A stretch of DNA of 64,000 nucleotides, taken from IMG/VR virus record IMGVR_UViG_3300005663_000032; one strand, given 5' to 3'. A model generated the notes under the pieces. It had not been told where the DNA came from. It was given only the letters and a program-made list of their open reading frames with translations, and made no database searches. Every line of letters starts with the position of its first letter. The stretch's first letter is position 1. Source of the stretch: an uncultured virus (IMG/VR IMGVR_UViG_3300005663_000032). Lineage: Duplodnaviria; Heunggongvirae; Uroviricota; Caudoviricetes. Made by a program: the position numbers and the translations under genes. Positions 43,801-51,239 of the stretch are shown one piece after another.

Positions 43801-45810
43801 GGCCAAAATGTTCCATTCGAAACATTTGCCACATATTACAGATTCAACGGCACAAATGAATACGCAGGGATGGCCAACAACCTTCTTCATTTTGCGAATG
43901 TTGGATTTACTGTAAATTTATATGTAAATGATTCTTTTGGTCAAGAAATGGCAAACGCCACAGTTTCATATAGCCAATTTTTATTTATCACTGTAAACTC
44001 GTATGAGTTTCTTTTCACCAATCATGTGAATCAATCCCTTCTGGTGCAACTAAAACTTCCTATACAAGCATGGGGCGACGCTGTTGGTTATTGGGTTGGA
44101 GAAGACACATTTAGAACAATACGTCTATTTTCTGGCACTTATGATATAAGAGTTCTGGCTGCTGATGGAATAACAGTACTTCAAACATTTACTCTTGCCG
44201 CAACATCTGATCAAGTAATTACTCTTGATGAAGGCGATGATTTATTTCTATATGGGTATACATGGGACTCTGACAATGGAAATGTGACAATCACATTGGT
44301 TACTAATTATGGAGATTCAAGAGTGGAGGTATGGGACAATTCTAATCTGGTAGGAACATTTAATGAGAATGGAACTATATCATGGGAGATTGCAACAGGA
44401 GTAAATGTCTCTCAAGTAGTATTCTTTATCAACCGAAATATAACAAAATATGGCGGGGCAGATGAACAGCAACTATTTCGTGGATTTTCATATGCAATTT
44501 CACTGGATGATTTTGGAATTTTAATATCTGATGTTTCATGGCTCGAGACAAATGATCAATTCACCATAACTGTGGTGTCTAATCAATTATACTCATTAGT
44601 AACCATATGGCATGATGGGGTGATAAATGAGACTGGTTCCTTGGAAAACGTATTCGTGATCGACAAGGACACAATAACTGCCGGAAATCATAACGTAACT
44701 TTACTTGTCACATGGATTAACGGCACGGGGTATTACTTCAGCAACTGGTTTGTGTTATCTTACTGGACTGCATCATATTACACAGTATCAATTGATGTCA
44801 TTCCATCCGCCCCCGGTCTTAAAATAAAGACAAATGAGATAGATATGGCAAGTTTCAATGTTTATATTGATGGCGAATTAGTTAACAAAGAAGTACCCGA
44901 TCCATTCAAAGAACAGACTACTGAACAGATCAATACAACATTGATTGCCGATGGGACTTTATGGGTGAGAAATACTCAATGGAATCACACTCTAACTATC
45001 AACGATAAATGGGATGTGTTGGTTTACGAAACTGTCGTCGATTTCAGAGATTTCACCTATCGTGTATATGAACTGCCGCTGGCAAAAATAACACTCCGCA
45101 CCGAAACAGAACAAGCAATAGTTCTAGAGCTATATTATTGGGATCAAAGCACCACTAATTCTTACATACTAGGTCCAGAATTATATTTATCGCCAGGCTT
45201 GGAGGGTCAAACAGCATGGATTGTTTCAGGAGTTTATTCTGCTCTGATGTATGATGTCGAAACTCGGACAACAGTTATCTTGGATAAAAAAGTAACAAAA
45301 CGAATCACGGTGGAAAACACTGGTTTAGAATTGGATACACAAGATCTTCTGATAGGACAAGGTGAATTTGAATTAGCAGTTGAGGAACTTGCAGAAGGCT
45401 CATATGCGATTCGTTTAGAACCTGCTGCAGTTGTTAATTTTGCGGATATAAATATTCCTTCAGAAACAGAATTCGCGGAACGAATAGTCACATGGTTGGG
45501 AGATAACTATTTTTATATTGCAGGTATCGTATTACTGCTGGTTGCCGGATGGTATGCACTGAAAAAAGGCACTGAAAAATTATCGAATATTGATTCAGAA
45601 AAACTACAGACAGATATTACCAAACGCCTCAAACGCGATAAAAAACCAAAACCCAATAATAAAATCAAGCCTCGGAGTGAACGCAATAAAAAACCAAAAC
45701 CCAATAATAAAATCAAGCCTCGGAGTGAACGCAATAAAAAACCAAAACCTGAGAAAAAACCACCGCCCCTTTGGGCAGGATTTTCTAACAAAAACAACAA
45801 TGCCAAATAG
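34837..45810 (+). CDS. 3657-aa giant surface protein: 6 NHL repeats, lectin-like domains, ~10 tandem ~170-aa units, C-terminal TM
   Basis: GEF..P.GIAVDSSG.VYV.D..N.RIQKF x6; NQLLVASYSID repeats; many N-x-S/T sequons; TM plus basic tail. Confidence 0.93.
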   Translation: MRCLHMHKKTLYTAFTLILLFGSLLTGLDDNPLGIDDSIQTTKPIDNTLTDQTFDESIAYGPDRQYNTSTSSWNTVTPEKQLISGAWVDPKASSINLNSLPDPTVQYQGESVRVDYQAKNNTVKALDYAYKEDFDFLFEWGSIGTGDGEFDYPYGIAVDSSGDVYVVDQNNDRVQKFTSTGTFILEWGVSGSGEGQFNDPFRIAVDSSGDVYVVDLNNHRIQKFNGTGTFILEWGVAGSGEGQFNNPFGIAVDSSGDVYVADRLNHRIQKFNGTGTFILEWGVEGTGDGELSYPSGLAVDSSGNVYVADTENHRIQKFNGTGTFILKWGVSGTGDGEFNIPSGIAVDSSGNIYVSDLNNDRIQKFTNTGTFILKWGVAGTGDGEFNDPFGIAVDSSGNVYVSDTANHRVQKFGFITTQIDPIGLLPISDDSNNLVVDNVRSAGTIFEKVYLGFTYYDMISPTQLGIDFSWITKKSAIFTSVFNSEQLTLDISDLAVYSSDELKIDLIFTYSNGIGFVIEIGIFDTGLNQYVFSTTTSAVSYFDFDNSIIKIDYMWAESQEITSNIRSNLKYSSPTQTLHTLDIDVYDYRIPLALYTDWNLTSIVPTASFSWDSINNRYLITNTIPTTYSITFIDGQGWGIGNPYNSTISPVIDVTNDFLSCSSFDCGNVTADMSSTTENENAVFTANTTIVSDGGVSLRMEDTDGAGSEGLNMAVDERGTYTITFDTYVELGHTWGNIRFYYRDSDTSWAYYQVDDIVTDRWQKHIVNNFTLSGDESTNNRNLLISFVSGQGVAFIDNIHIWAVKPVVTITDINKYQFSVPSTVLDGYISPTINNHPFIITLKTHEPESTLETWNEISDATGYLSFEYNNPLVEQGYVLEFNSTLYNVTISEYYFTPILGSHYINNENYDVDFDDVTVGELINLDADTESLFDGTLQVTSTGSAYWAYYSAATLSSAYSVSTRIKHIGGVDTYIGLSFFDIPNSASASDDMFFIRPGTPQTIFRVGGVPTAPMFVSATDTWYIIRADITTNYVKIYIDNVLISTRINTNPLLNPYFGVYGLDSNAQIDFVRISTLTLPQIITTATTTYFTTINNTVVSALYSDGNYLGLYNSLELITLNFTANPHNITVIPALNTQVVDYVFALDYSLNLNYLYDNSIGFAVSINSFNVLDTQISTYMAATRNGNYTAYENDTSVGSGNFVAAGTSIQTARNTTTGYIFYYAILFQNNTDQLWFNTTYSNAVLVVVDNQITVAAYSIDVAGGLFYATVYTLWGNNTVQVYDNNSPLGGTVNEGTSVWPWATSAGTHNFSIVVRNDGSIFRYINASVTIVDFSFTVSVSAFTVSQSNVSTYVTGSKDGTFTIYENNTEIATGSFNSVGTSIITAKNISYDILVNYAISFVNASDTVWFNTTYSNPPLPDLTNQLLVASYSIDADAGLFYTTIETLWANNTVQVYDNNSPLGTSVSEGTSVWSFTTSGGTHNFSTVVRNGANVFRYLNVSITIVDFSFTVSVSAFTVSASNVSTYVTGSKDGTYTVYENNTEIATGAFNSVGTSIITAKNINYDILVNYAISFVNASDTVWFNTTYSNPPLPDLTNQLLVASYSIDADAGLFYTTIETLWANNTVQVYDNDVSLGTAISEGTSVWSFTTSIGQHNFSIFVRNDGTLFRQLNTSITLASVDFSVSINTFSVSEVIISTFITSTKNGNYSVYENNTKIGDGNFISTGTSIQSNRNTVDGAFIYYAIAFQNVTDVVWFNTTYSNTLAVVEAGNQLLVASYSIDADGGLFYATIETSWGNNTVQVYDNNSPLGTSVSEGTSVWSFTTSAGTHNFSTVVRNGADIFRYLNASVTIVDFSFTVSISAFTVSSTNISTYVTGSKDGTYTVYENNTQIDTGSFNSVGTSIITAKNINYDILVNYAISFVNASDTVWFNTTYSNAPLPDLTNQLLVASYSIDADGGLFYTTIETLWGNNTVQVYDNNSPLGTSVNEGTSVWSFTTSGGTHNFSTVVRNGANIFRYLNVSVTIVDFSFTVSVSTFTVSASNVSTYVTGSKDGTYTVYENNTEIDTGAFNSTGTSIITSKNINYDILVNYAIKFVNASDTVWFTATYSNAPLPDLTNQLLVASYSIDADAGLFYTTIETLWANNTVQAYDNDNSLGIAINEGTSVWSFTTSVGQHNFSIFVRNDGTLFRQLNTSITLASVDFSVSINTFSVSEVIISTFITSTKNGNYSIYENNTKIGDGNFVFTGTSIQSNRNTVDGAFIYYAIAFQNVTDVVWFNTTYSNTLAVVEVGNQLLVASYSIDADGGLFYTTIETLWTNNTVQVYDNNSPLGTSVNEGTSVWSFTTSGGTHNFSTVVRNDATIFRYLNVSVTIVDFTFTVSVSAFTVSASNISTYITGSKDGTYTVYENNTEIDTGSFNSVGTSIITAKNINYDILVNYAIRFVNASDTVWFTTTYSNPPLADLTNQLLVASYSIDADAGLFYTTIETLWANNTVQVYDNTSPLGNTVSEGTAVWSFPTSAGTHNFSTVIRNGATIFRYLNVSVTIVDFIFTVAVSAYTVSQSNVSTYVTGTKDGTYTVYENDTQITTGSLFAVGTSIITAKNQSLGILVNYAIKFVNASDTIWFNATYSGDPIVEFSINIWAFEVSATQVTTSVSSSKGFAWAVYENNTGIDSGLGSDGYTIQTDKNLAHGVTINYAIIFANDSTSIWFNTTYSNAPEEVNQLLVASYSIDADGGLFYTTIETLWTNNTIQVYDNNAPLGTAVSEGTSVWSFATSGGTHNFSTVIRNGATIFRYLNVSITIVDFTFTVSVSAFTISNSNVSTYITGSKDGTYTVYENNTQIDTGSFNSVGTSIITAKNINYDILVNYAIKFVNGSDTVWFNATYSNAPLPDIANQLLVASYSIDADGGLFYTTIETLWTNNTVQVYDNNSPLGTAVAEGSSAWSFILSLGTHNFSVVIRNAGLLFRYLNVSFTIADSGITSGDMSVRLQNGVGQNVPFETFATYYRFNGTNEYAGMANNLLHFANVGFTVNLYVNDSFGQEMANATVSYSQFLFITVNSYEFLFTNHVNQSLLVQLKLPIQAWGDAVGYWVGEDTFRTIRLFSGTYDIRVLAADGITVLQTFTLAATSDQVITLDEGDDLFLYGYTWDSDNGNVTITLVTNYGDSRVEVWDNSNLVGTFNENGTISWEIATGVNVSQVVFFINRNITKYGGADEQQLFRGFSYAISLDDFGILISDVSWLETNDQFTITVVSNQLYSLVTIWHDGVINETGSLENVFVIDKDTITAGNHNVTLLVTWINGTGYYFSNWFVLSYWTASYYTVSIDVIPSAPGLKIKTNEIDMASFNVYIDGELVNKEVPDPFKEQTTEQINTTLIADGTLWVRNTQWNHTLTINDKWDVLVYETVVDFRDFTYRVYELPLAKITLRTETEQAIVLELYYWDQSTTNSYILGPELYLSPGLEGQTAWIVSGVYSALMYDVETRTTVILDKKVTKRITVENTGLELDTQDLLIGQGEFELAVEELAEGSYAIRLEPAAVVNFADINIPSETEFAERIVTWLGDNYFYIAGIVLLLVAGWYALKKGTEKLSNIDSEKLQTDITKRLKRDKKPKPNNKIKPRSERNKKPKPNNKIKPRSERNKKPKPEKKPPPLWAGFSNKNNNAK
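35245..36072 (+). repeat. six near-identical 141-bp repeats encoding an NHL beta-propeller
   Basis: Recurrent gattcttcggga...tcagaaatt at a 47-aa period. Confidence 0.9.
38310..43750 (+). repeat. intragenic array of ~520-bp units (10 A-type and 11 B-type domains)
   Basis: Counted from the translation; 39721-40140 recurs at 41281-41700. Confidence 0.85.
45638..45749 (+). repeat. perfect 48-bp tandem repeat x2.3 (KKPKPNNKIKPRSERN)
   Basis: Units start at 45638, 45686, 45734. Confidence 0.95.
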
Positions 45811-45845
45811 ATAACCTCAATTTAAATATCTCGATATGCTTTTGA

Positions 45846-45880
45846 CATTTTAATAAAACTCTGCCCAAACATAAAAAAAT
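45846..45880 (+). repeat. 35-bp direct repeat, right copy
   Basis: Identical to 27558-27592; runs into the ATG at 45879. Confidence 0.95.
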
Positions 45881-46556
45881 GTCGGCAATTAAAACAGACA
45901 TAATGAAGTATTATATCCTAATCGCATTTTTATTATTCTTTATTCTTCCAACTACTACTACTGCATACTACAGAGCCGGCAGTGAGGGCGAGGGGACACA
46001 AATCTATGTGCGGCGAGGATTGGTTGATGAGAAAACTGGTGAAAGGGTTTCTCTATTGGTGATTACTGAATTGGCCAACGAAAGTTATGCTAGAAATTGG
46101 GAAGTAAGTGTGGTTGTGATGCCAGATAATGAGGATTTTGCATTTTTACTGGATATCCGAGATAGTCATCTTGATTATGACATAAATTATGATTATGATA
46201 GTGTGTTGGACCCGGGAGAGGGTGAGGAGATTGGTACAACTGTGTTTGGTCCATTTTTAGTGTGGGCAAGTGCCGATTCTGATATAATCGGTGATTTAAT
46301 TTGGGATCTAACTTTAATGTCCAGAGATGGAAAACACGTATATGTTAACTATGTGATGCAATGGGGTTGGGGTATTGATGCTCCTCCCAGAATTATTGGA
46401 AAAGAAGCGGCAGAGGAAGAAACAAACATAATCAATAAATTTGCTCTCATTCACCCCAGAGTGATTTTTTTCTCAGCAATTACAATTGTTGTCGCGGGGT
46501 GGCGAACATATGACAAAGCCATCAACGATCGAATAACCGGTGCAGAGGACTTCTAA
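45879..46556 (+). CDS. secreted/TM-anchored protein, paralog of 7521..8153
   Basis: Collinear motif match to the minus-strand ORF. Confidence 0.8.
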   Translation: MSAIKTDIMKYYILIAFLLFFILPTTTTAYYRAGSEGEGTQIYVRRGLVDEKTGERVSLLVITELANESYARNWEVSVVVMPDNEDFAFLLDIRDSHLDYDINYDYDSVLDPGEGEEIGTTVFGPFLVWASADSDIIGDLIWDLTLMSRDGKHVYVNYVMQWGWGIDAPPRIIGKEAAEEETNIINKFALIHPRVIFFSAITIVVAGWRTYDKAINDRITGAEDF

Positions 46557-47653
46557 TGGCGGAATCTGAGGATTATTCTGATGAAGATGCAGAAGAACGT
46601 AGAGAAGATGCATATAGGCATGAAGTTGACCGTGGTAAGGAGGAAAAAACTGCCAGCTTAATGCATACAGAAGTAAAATTCACCACACAATCAATTCTCA
46701 AATACGGGGCGATCAAATTTTTCAGCAAACACGGGCGCTTAATATCTACATTATTTATTGCAGTTGTTTTCTTATCAATATTTTTCATATTAATGAAAAG
46801 TGTATTTTTTGAGAGCAATGCTGCGGATATTATGGTTGATTTTGAAAATCTGGTAAGAACCTTCGGAATTCCCATAATATTATTATTTAGATTTATTCAA
46901 TTACTTTTATTTGATATTCCAGAAACTGCATATCCTATTTGGTTCTATATTCTGGCAACAATATTCTTCACTTGGTTATTTGGACGAACCCGGGATGTCT
47001 TTGGGTTCATGTATTTGAAAGGAGATAGAAAATTAAAACTAATTCTATTTCCTAGATATTTTGATACTGCAGGAAAACAATACATTGGAGGTAGGGCTTC
47101 ATTCATTTATAGATTATTTCATGGCAATCCGCGGTATCCTTTACATAATGATTATTATCAACACGCACTCCACCAAACCGCAGAACTGGATATAATTGAG
47201 GTAGCAAATGGGAGAAATCTTGAACGCCAATGGACCGGAACAATACTTATCATCCAAACCGATCCAACCGATGACATAGATGATGATGAGGAAGTCGCCA
47301 ATATTTTACTAATTCATGATGAACCCATCGACGATGCGGGTGAAGAATTCCGCAGAACTGTACGAATTGATGACTCTCGAATTGTGGCATTTGTAGATTT
47401 TCAATCTATGATTATTGGTGAACAACTCAGATATCGCCAACAATATCATCAACTAAAAGATGAGTTGCATGATGCCTACCGAACAATTGATGATCTAGGG
47501 ATTGATTCCGCCACCAAACTTGCAAGGGATCTAACCATGTCGCCTGCAACCCGTGCAAGAAAGGCACGAGGTGAACAAAATCCCGCAGAAGATGGTTTGG
47601 ATGAATTAGAAGGCAAGTTCTCCGAACAAACAGAAGAGCTATCAAACCTGTGA
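46556..47653 (+). CDS. membrane protein with acidic/coiled-coil C-terminus
   Basis: 3 TM; overlapping operon junctions. Confidence 0.8.
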   Translation: MAESEDYSDEDAEERREDAYRHEVDRGKEEKTASLMHTEVKFTTQSILKYGAIKFFSKHGRLISTLFIAVVFLSIFFILMKSVFFESNAADIMVDFENLVRTFGIPIILLFRFIQLLLFDIPETAYPIWFYILATIFFTWLFGRTRDVFGFMYLKGDRKLKLILFPRYFDTAGKQYIGGRASFIYRLFHGNPRYPLHNDYYQHALHQTAELDIIEVANGRNLERQWTGTILIIQTDPTDDIDDDEEVANILLIHDEPIDDAGEEFRRTVRIDDSRIVAFVDFQSMIIGEQLRYRQQYHQLKDELHDAYRTIDDLGIDSATKLARDLTMSPATRARKARGEQNPAEDGLDELEGKFSEQTEELSNL

Positions 47654-48768
47654 TTAATATGTCTCACAAAAAACAACAAACAGAAATTATCACTGGCTCA
47701 TATATCTATGATGACATCCGAATGGCAATGATGCTTGGAGGGGAATCTGCAGTTCTTGAGTTTGAGGCCCTGTTGCTTGCATTATATGATAGTATGCTCC
47801 GAGAGACTTTTTCTCCGGATAACTATTTAAGTGAATATCGTACTGGAAACAATACCATATTAATCAATGCCACTGGCGGGGCATTTCTCTATCTAGTCCG
47901 AAATGTTTTGATTGATTTTGGAATGCATGCAAAGGCAAACCTATCTGGTAAGGCCGCTCATACTACAGAAGGAGTTATTGGCGCAATTACCAACGTTCGT
48001 AGATTTGATATTCTGGACGATGAACATGGCATGGAGGGAAATAAATCAACCCTAAGATTATATCCAAGACATATGCAAGAAGTTTCTGCAGGGGCTTATG
48101 GTTGGATGGACAAAGCATGGCAAGGATGGAATGATCCAAAACAAAAACTTGTTTTTGGAAAAGGAGGGGATATTCAGGTCAGTCCAGTGATCGAGGAACA
48201 GGTAAGAATATATTTGTGGGCAATTACTCAAGTAATGGAAGCCGACTATTTATACAAGAGGTACGCAATTATGCAAGAGAAACTAGAGCGGGCAATAAAA
48301 GCCGTAGAAGAACAGATTGGGACATATGATACGCTTACAGAAGAGGCGGTTGATCGTATGACCAAACAAAAAGTAAAAATTACAAAAATGGCTGGAAACA
48401 GTCTTATCGAGTTACGACAGGTTATTCGATACCAAAAACTAGTACAAGACGGAATTCAGCAGATTGCCGATCAACTGGCCGATCCAGAATCTCCAATCAA
48501 CGTATTTAGTTCTGTAGTCGAACGTGGTGAAACCGTATTGGTGAATCTATATGAGGCAATCGAACAATACGAGAAAAAAGGAGATTTTCTCAAAGGCCAA
48601 CTCGTGGTTCTAAATAGAACTCTTAATCAGATAAAATTTGAACTCGCAGAACACGATATTCCATTTCAAAACCTCGATGAGCGATTTGGACTGAAACATA
48701 AATCTTTCTGGCAAAAAATAAAAGGATTGATCCCAAATGGTAGAAGAAAACCCGAACCAGAATCTTGA
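47650..48768 (+). CDS. coiled-coil protein
   Basis: Long helical C-terminal half. Confidence 0.8.
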   Translation: MINMSHKKQQTEIITGSYIYDDIRMAMMLGGESAVLEFEALLLALYDSMLRETFSPDNYLSEYRTGNNTILINATGGAFLYLVRNVLIDFGMHAKANLSGKAAHTTEGVIGAITNVRRFDILDDEHGMEGNKSTLRLYPRHMQEVSAGAYGWMDKAWQGWNDPKQKLVFGKGGDIQVSPVIEEQVRIYLWAITQVMEADYLYKRYAIMQEKLERAIKAVEEQIGTYDTLTEEAVDRMTKQKVKITKMAGNSLIELRQVIRYQKLVQDGIQQIADQLADPESPINVFSSVVERGETVLVNLYEAIEQYEKKGDFLKGQLVVLNRTLNQIKFELAEHDIPFQNLDERFGLKHKSFWQKIKGLIPNGRRKPEPES

Positions 48769-49165
48769 ACCCGCGTCAGAAGCAGAGGAAGCAGAGGAAC
48801 AGGATTACACCGCAATCGATATATGGCAAATAATCAATGATTTTGCCAAATCAAACAATATGAATTTTGAACACTGGGCTCATATCAACAAGAAATTACT
48901 TGTATTACACACTGCTGTAGAAAAACCTCTTTCTAAAGCTCTTCACAAATTGGCAGCAATGCCGATCATAATGGATTTTCACACAATTAATAAACTTAAC
49001 AAGAAAATAAATTCACTCGAAGATTATGCTGCCGGGATAGATTTTTTTATCGATAATCCACAAAGAAAGGGAATCCTTGATATGGATAATGATGCTATTT
49101 CAATTATACTTAAGATGGCACGCCAAGAATTAAAAAGTGCCAAAGCTAAAATATTGGAGAAATAA
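48737..49165 (+). CDS. hypothetical protein
   Basis: 142-aa ORF within the operon. Confidence 0.7.
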   Translation: MVEENPNQNLEPASEAEEAEEQDYTAIDIWQIINDFAKSNNMNFEHWAHINKKLLVLHTAVEKPLSKALHKLAAMPIIMDFHTINKLNKKINSLEDYAAGIDFFIDNPQRKGILDMDNDAISIILKMARQELKSAKAKILEK

Positions 49166-50744
49166 ATTGCCACAAATTGGAGGGCCTAGGCGTAAGAAGA
49201 AAGCAGATTCGTTATGGATTGAGGATGCACAAGAAGAATTTGAAAATGCATTTGATTTACCGGCTGAAATGTTATTCATGCCTGAATTGGATAATGATGG
49301 CAATATATTAACTGGTAGAACTAGGGTATTTGATAAAACTCTGATTAATTGCGGAAAAAAGGCATCTGGGAAGTCGGAGGGCATTAATTCATGGATACAA
49401 AAACGAATAAATTTTTATGGAGAAGAAAACGTGGGAATCCACGTAGGATATGATTTATTTGCTATTTTAGGTGATTGGAATGATCAACTGGGAACTTTTG
49501 TGGGTGGCGTAATTGGAAATGAATATGTCCAGATCATAGTTATTGAGGATGCTCTTACTCTGATTGGAAAAGATGTATCAAAAGATCTTAAAAACAAAAT
49601 GACAAAAGTATTTCAGAACGCAAGACATTTACTTAGATATAGTGATGAAAATGATAATGCTGTCGGGCTAGTTATCTTCGTATTTAATGTGCAGGATTAT
49701 TATCTATTACATGATTCAATGAGAAGAGATTGGGATTTTGTCATCAGAAGAACAATCCCTAAAAATCCATATCACAGCAACCGTCTAAAACGAGAGATGC
49801 CTGCACAGGGGATAAAACTATTAACTTTTGTGACTGACAGTATGAGGATGAACATCATGGATCAGAGTTACAAGAGCAACTCGGTGGTAGATTTTGGAGC
49901 AGGCCGTTACGGGCCACTAAAATATGAGCGCGTGGCAATAAACTTTACTCAGAAAAATGGTGATTACTGGGTTGCACCCGGTACTGCTATTTCTGGAACA
50001 ACAATTACTTCAACTGAATTAAGAAAAACAATTACTTCAAAATATGAATTTCTAAAAATAAAAGAAGAACCCTTCCCCATGCAACTGCTGGAAAGGACGA
50101 TGATGTATGGTCGAGATAATCCATTTCCAAGTGGGACAAGATCAAAATATCGACCGGAAAAACACTGGCAAATTGCATACGATTATCTGATAAAAGGATC
50201 TGCAACCGGAATGATTGCAGAAGATCTGGGAGTGACTGATCAGATGATTGGAAATGGATATGCGCAGGGTGGATATATCGCAATTGTGGTGCAGGAACAG
50301 ATGGGCTACTGGATTGAACCATTCATCCCCGAATATGATCCAAGCATTGGCTGGCAAGTAGTTACGGGTCAGGGTCAAAGTGATCTTAAAAACGAAGAGG
50401 CAATGGCATCGGGAATTTTGGGAATTGGTCTTCATGGTGAGATAAAAACAAGGAGAAGAAAAGAAACCCCTGCAGATAGTTGGGTGAGTACAGAAATGTC
50501 AGACCACATTGCTGTTGGTGGAAAAGCGCTTCTCTACCAAATAATCATCAGAAGAAATCGAATGCAACAACCAGATCCAATGATACTGACATATGCCGTA
50601 TCTCCAATAAACCTAGAAAAATCAGATCAAGAACAATCTGCAAACATATTATTACAGACAGTTGTAGAAGAACAATCCACAAACATTTTAACTCAGACTC
50701 TATCTGAAGAAGTAGAGGAAGAGGAAGACTATTTCGTTTTATAA
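49137..50744 (+). CDS. P-loop ATPase (A32/FtsK-HerA-like) with HTH and possible PD-(D/E)xK C-terminal domain
   Basis: Walker A GKKASGKS, Walker B IIVIEDA, NARH, FNVQ; IAEDLGVT HTH; SDL...GEIK. Confidence 0.7.
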   Translation: MPKLKYWRNKLPQIGGPRRKKKADSLWIEDAQEEFENAFDLPAEMLFMPELDNDGNILTGRTRVFDKTLINCGKKASGKSEGINSWIQKRINFYGEENVGIHVGYDLFAILGDWNDQLGTFVGGVIGNEYVQIIVIEDALTLIGKDVSKDLKNKMTKVFQNARHLLRYSDENDNAVGLVIFVFNVQDYYLLHDSMRRDWDFVIRRTIPKNPYHSNRLKREMPAQGIKLLTFVTDSMRMNIMDQSYKSNSVVDFGAGRYGPLKYERVAINFTQKNGDYWVAPGTAISGTTITSTELRKTITSKYEFLKIKEEPFPMQLLERTMMYGRDNPFPSGTRSKYRPEKHWQIAYDYLIKGSATGMIAEDLGVTDQMIGNGYAQGGYIAIVVQEQMGYWIEPFIPEYDPSIGWQVVTGQGQSDLKNEEAMASGILGIGLHGEIKTRRRKETPADSWVSTEMSDHIAVGGKALLYQIIIRRNRMQQPDPMILTYAVSPINLEKSDQEQSANILLQTVVEEQSTNILTQTLSEEVEEEEDYFVL

Positions 50745-51150
50745 TTTTACATTCGTAGGAGAGCCAAAACCAAAGAAAAGACCAAAAGTATATCGTTGGT
50801 CAACAGTGAACCCATCAAAAAAGGACGAAGAAGCAATTCGAAAGCAACTAACTGGCGTACCTGAAGACTTTCCACTGAGTGGACAACTTTCAATCCATTT
50901 ACAATTTTTCAAAACCCCTCCAAAAGCAACCCCAAAGTGGAAACTACTATTCATGGATAAGGGCATGATACGCCCAAACAAAAGTCCGGATCTGGATAAT
51001 TATATTAAATTAATTCTTGACGCACTCAATGGTATCATCTGGGAGGACGATCGCTACATTGTCAGTATAAACGCATCTAAATTTTACACAACAGATAATC
51101 CTAGAACTGAAGTCAAAGTATATATTCTCCCATTACCAACAAAAAAATAA
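50731..51150 (+). CDS. rusA: RusA-like Holliday junction resolvase
   Basis: PDLDNYIKLILDALNGIIWEDDRYIV; conserved GEPKPKKRP lies upstream of the tracked GTG 50806; start uncertain. Confidence 0.85.
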   Translation: MSFYNFTFVGEPKPKKRPKVYRWSTVNPSKKDEEAIRKQLTGVPEDFPLSGQLSIHLQFFKTPPKATPKWKLLFMDKGMIRPNKSPDLDNYIKLILDALNGIIWEDDRYIVSINASKFYTTDNPRTEVKVYILPLPTKK

Positions 51151-51239
51151 TGGATCGACTTCCCCATAAAACCGTGCGTATGCCTCCCATGAGTATGAGG
51201 TGTGCCCCTCCGGGCTCGAAGCGGGCGGTGTGGTAAGGA

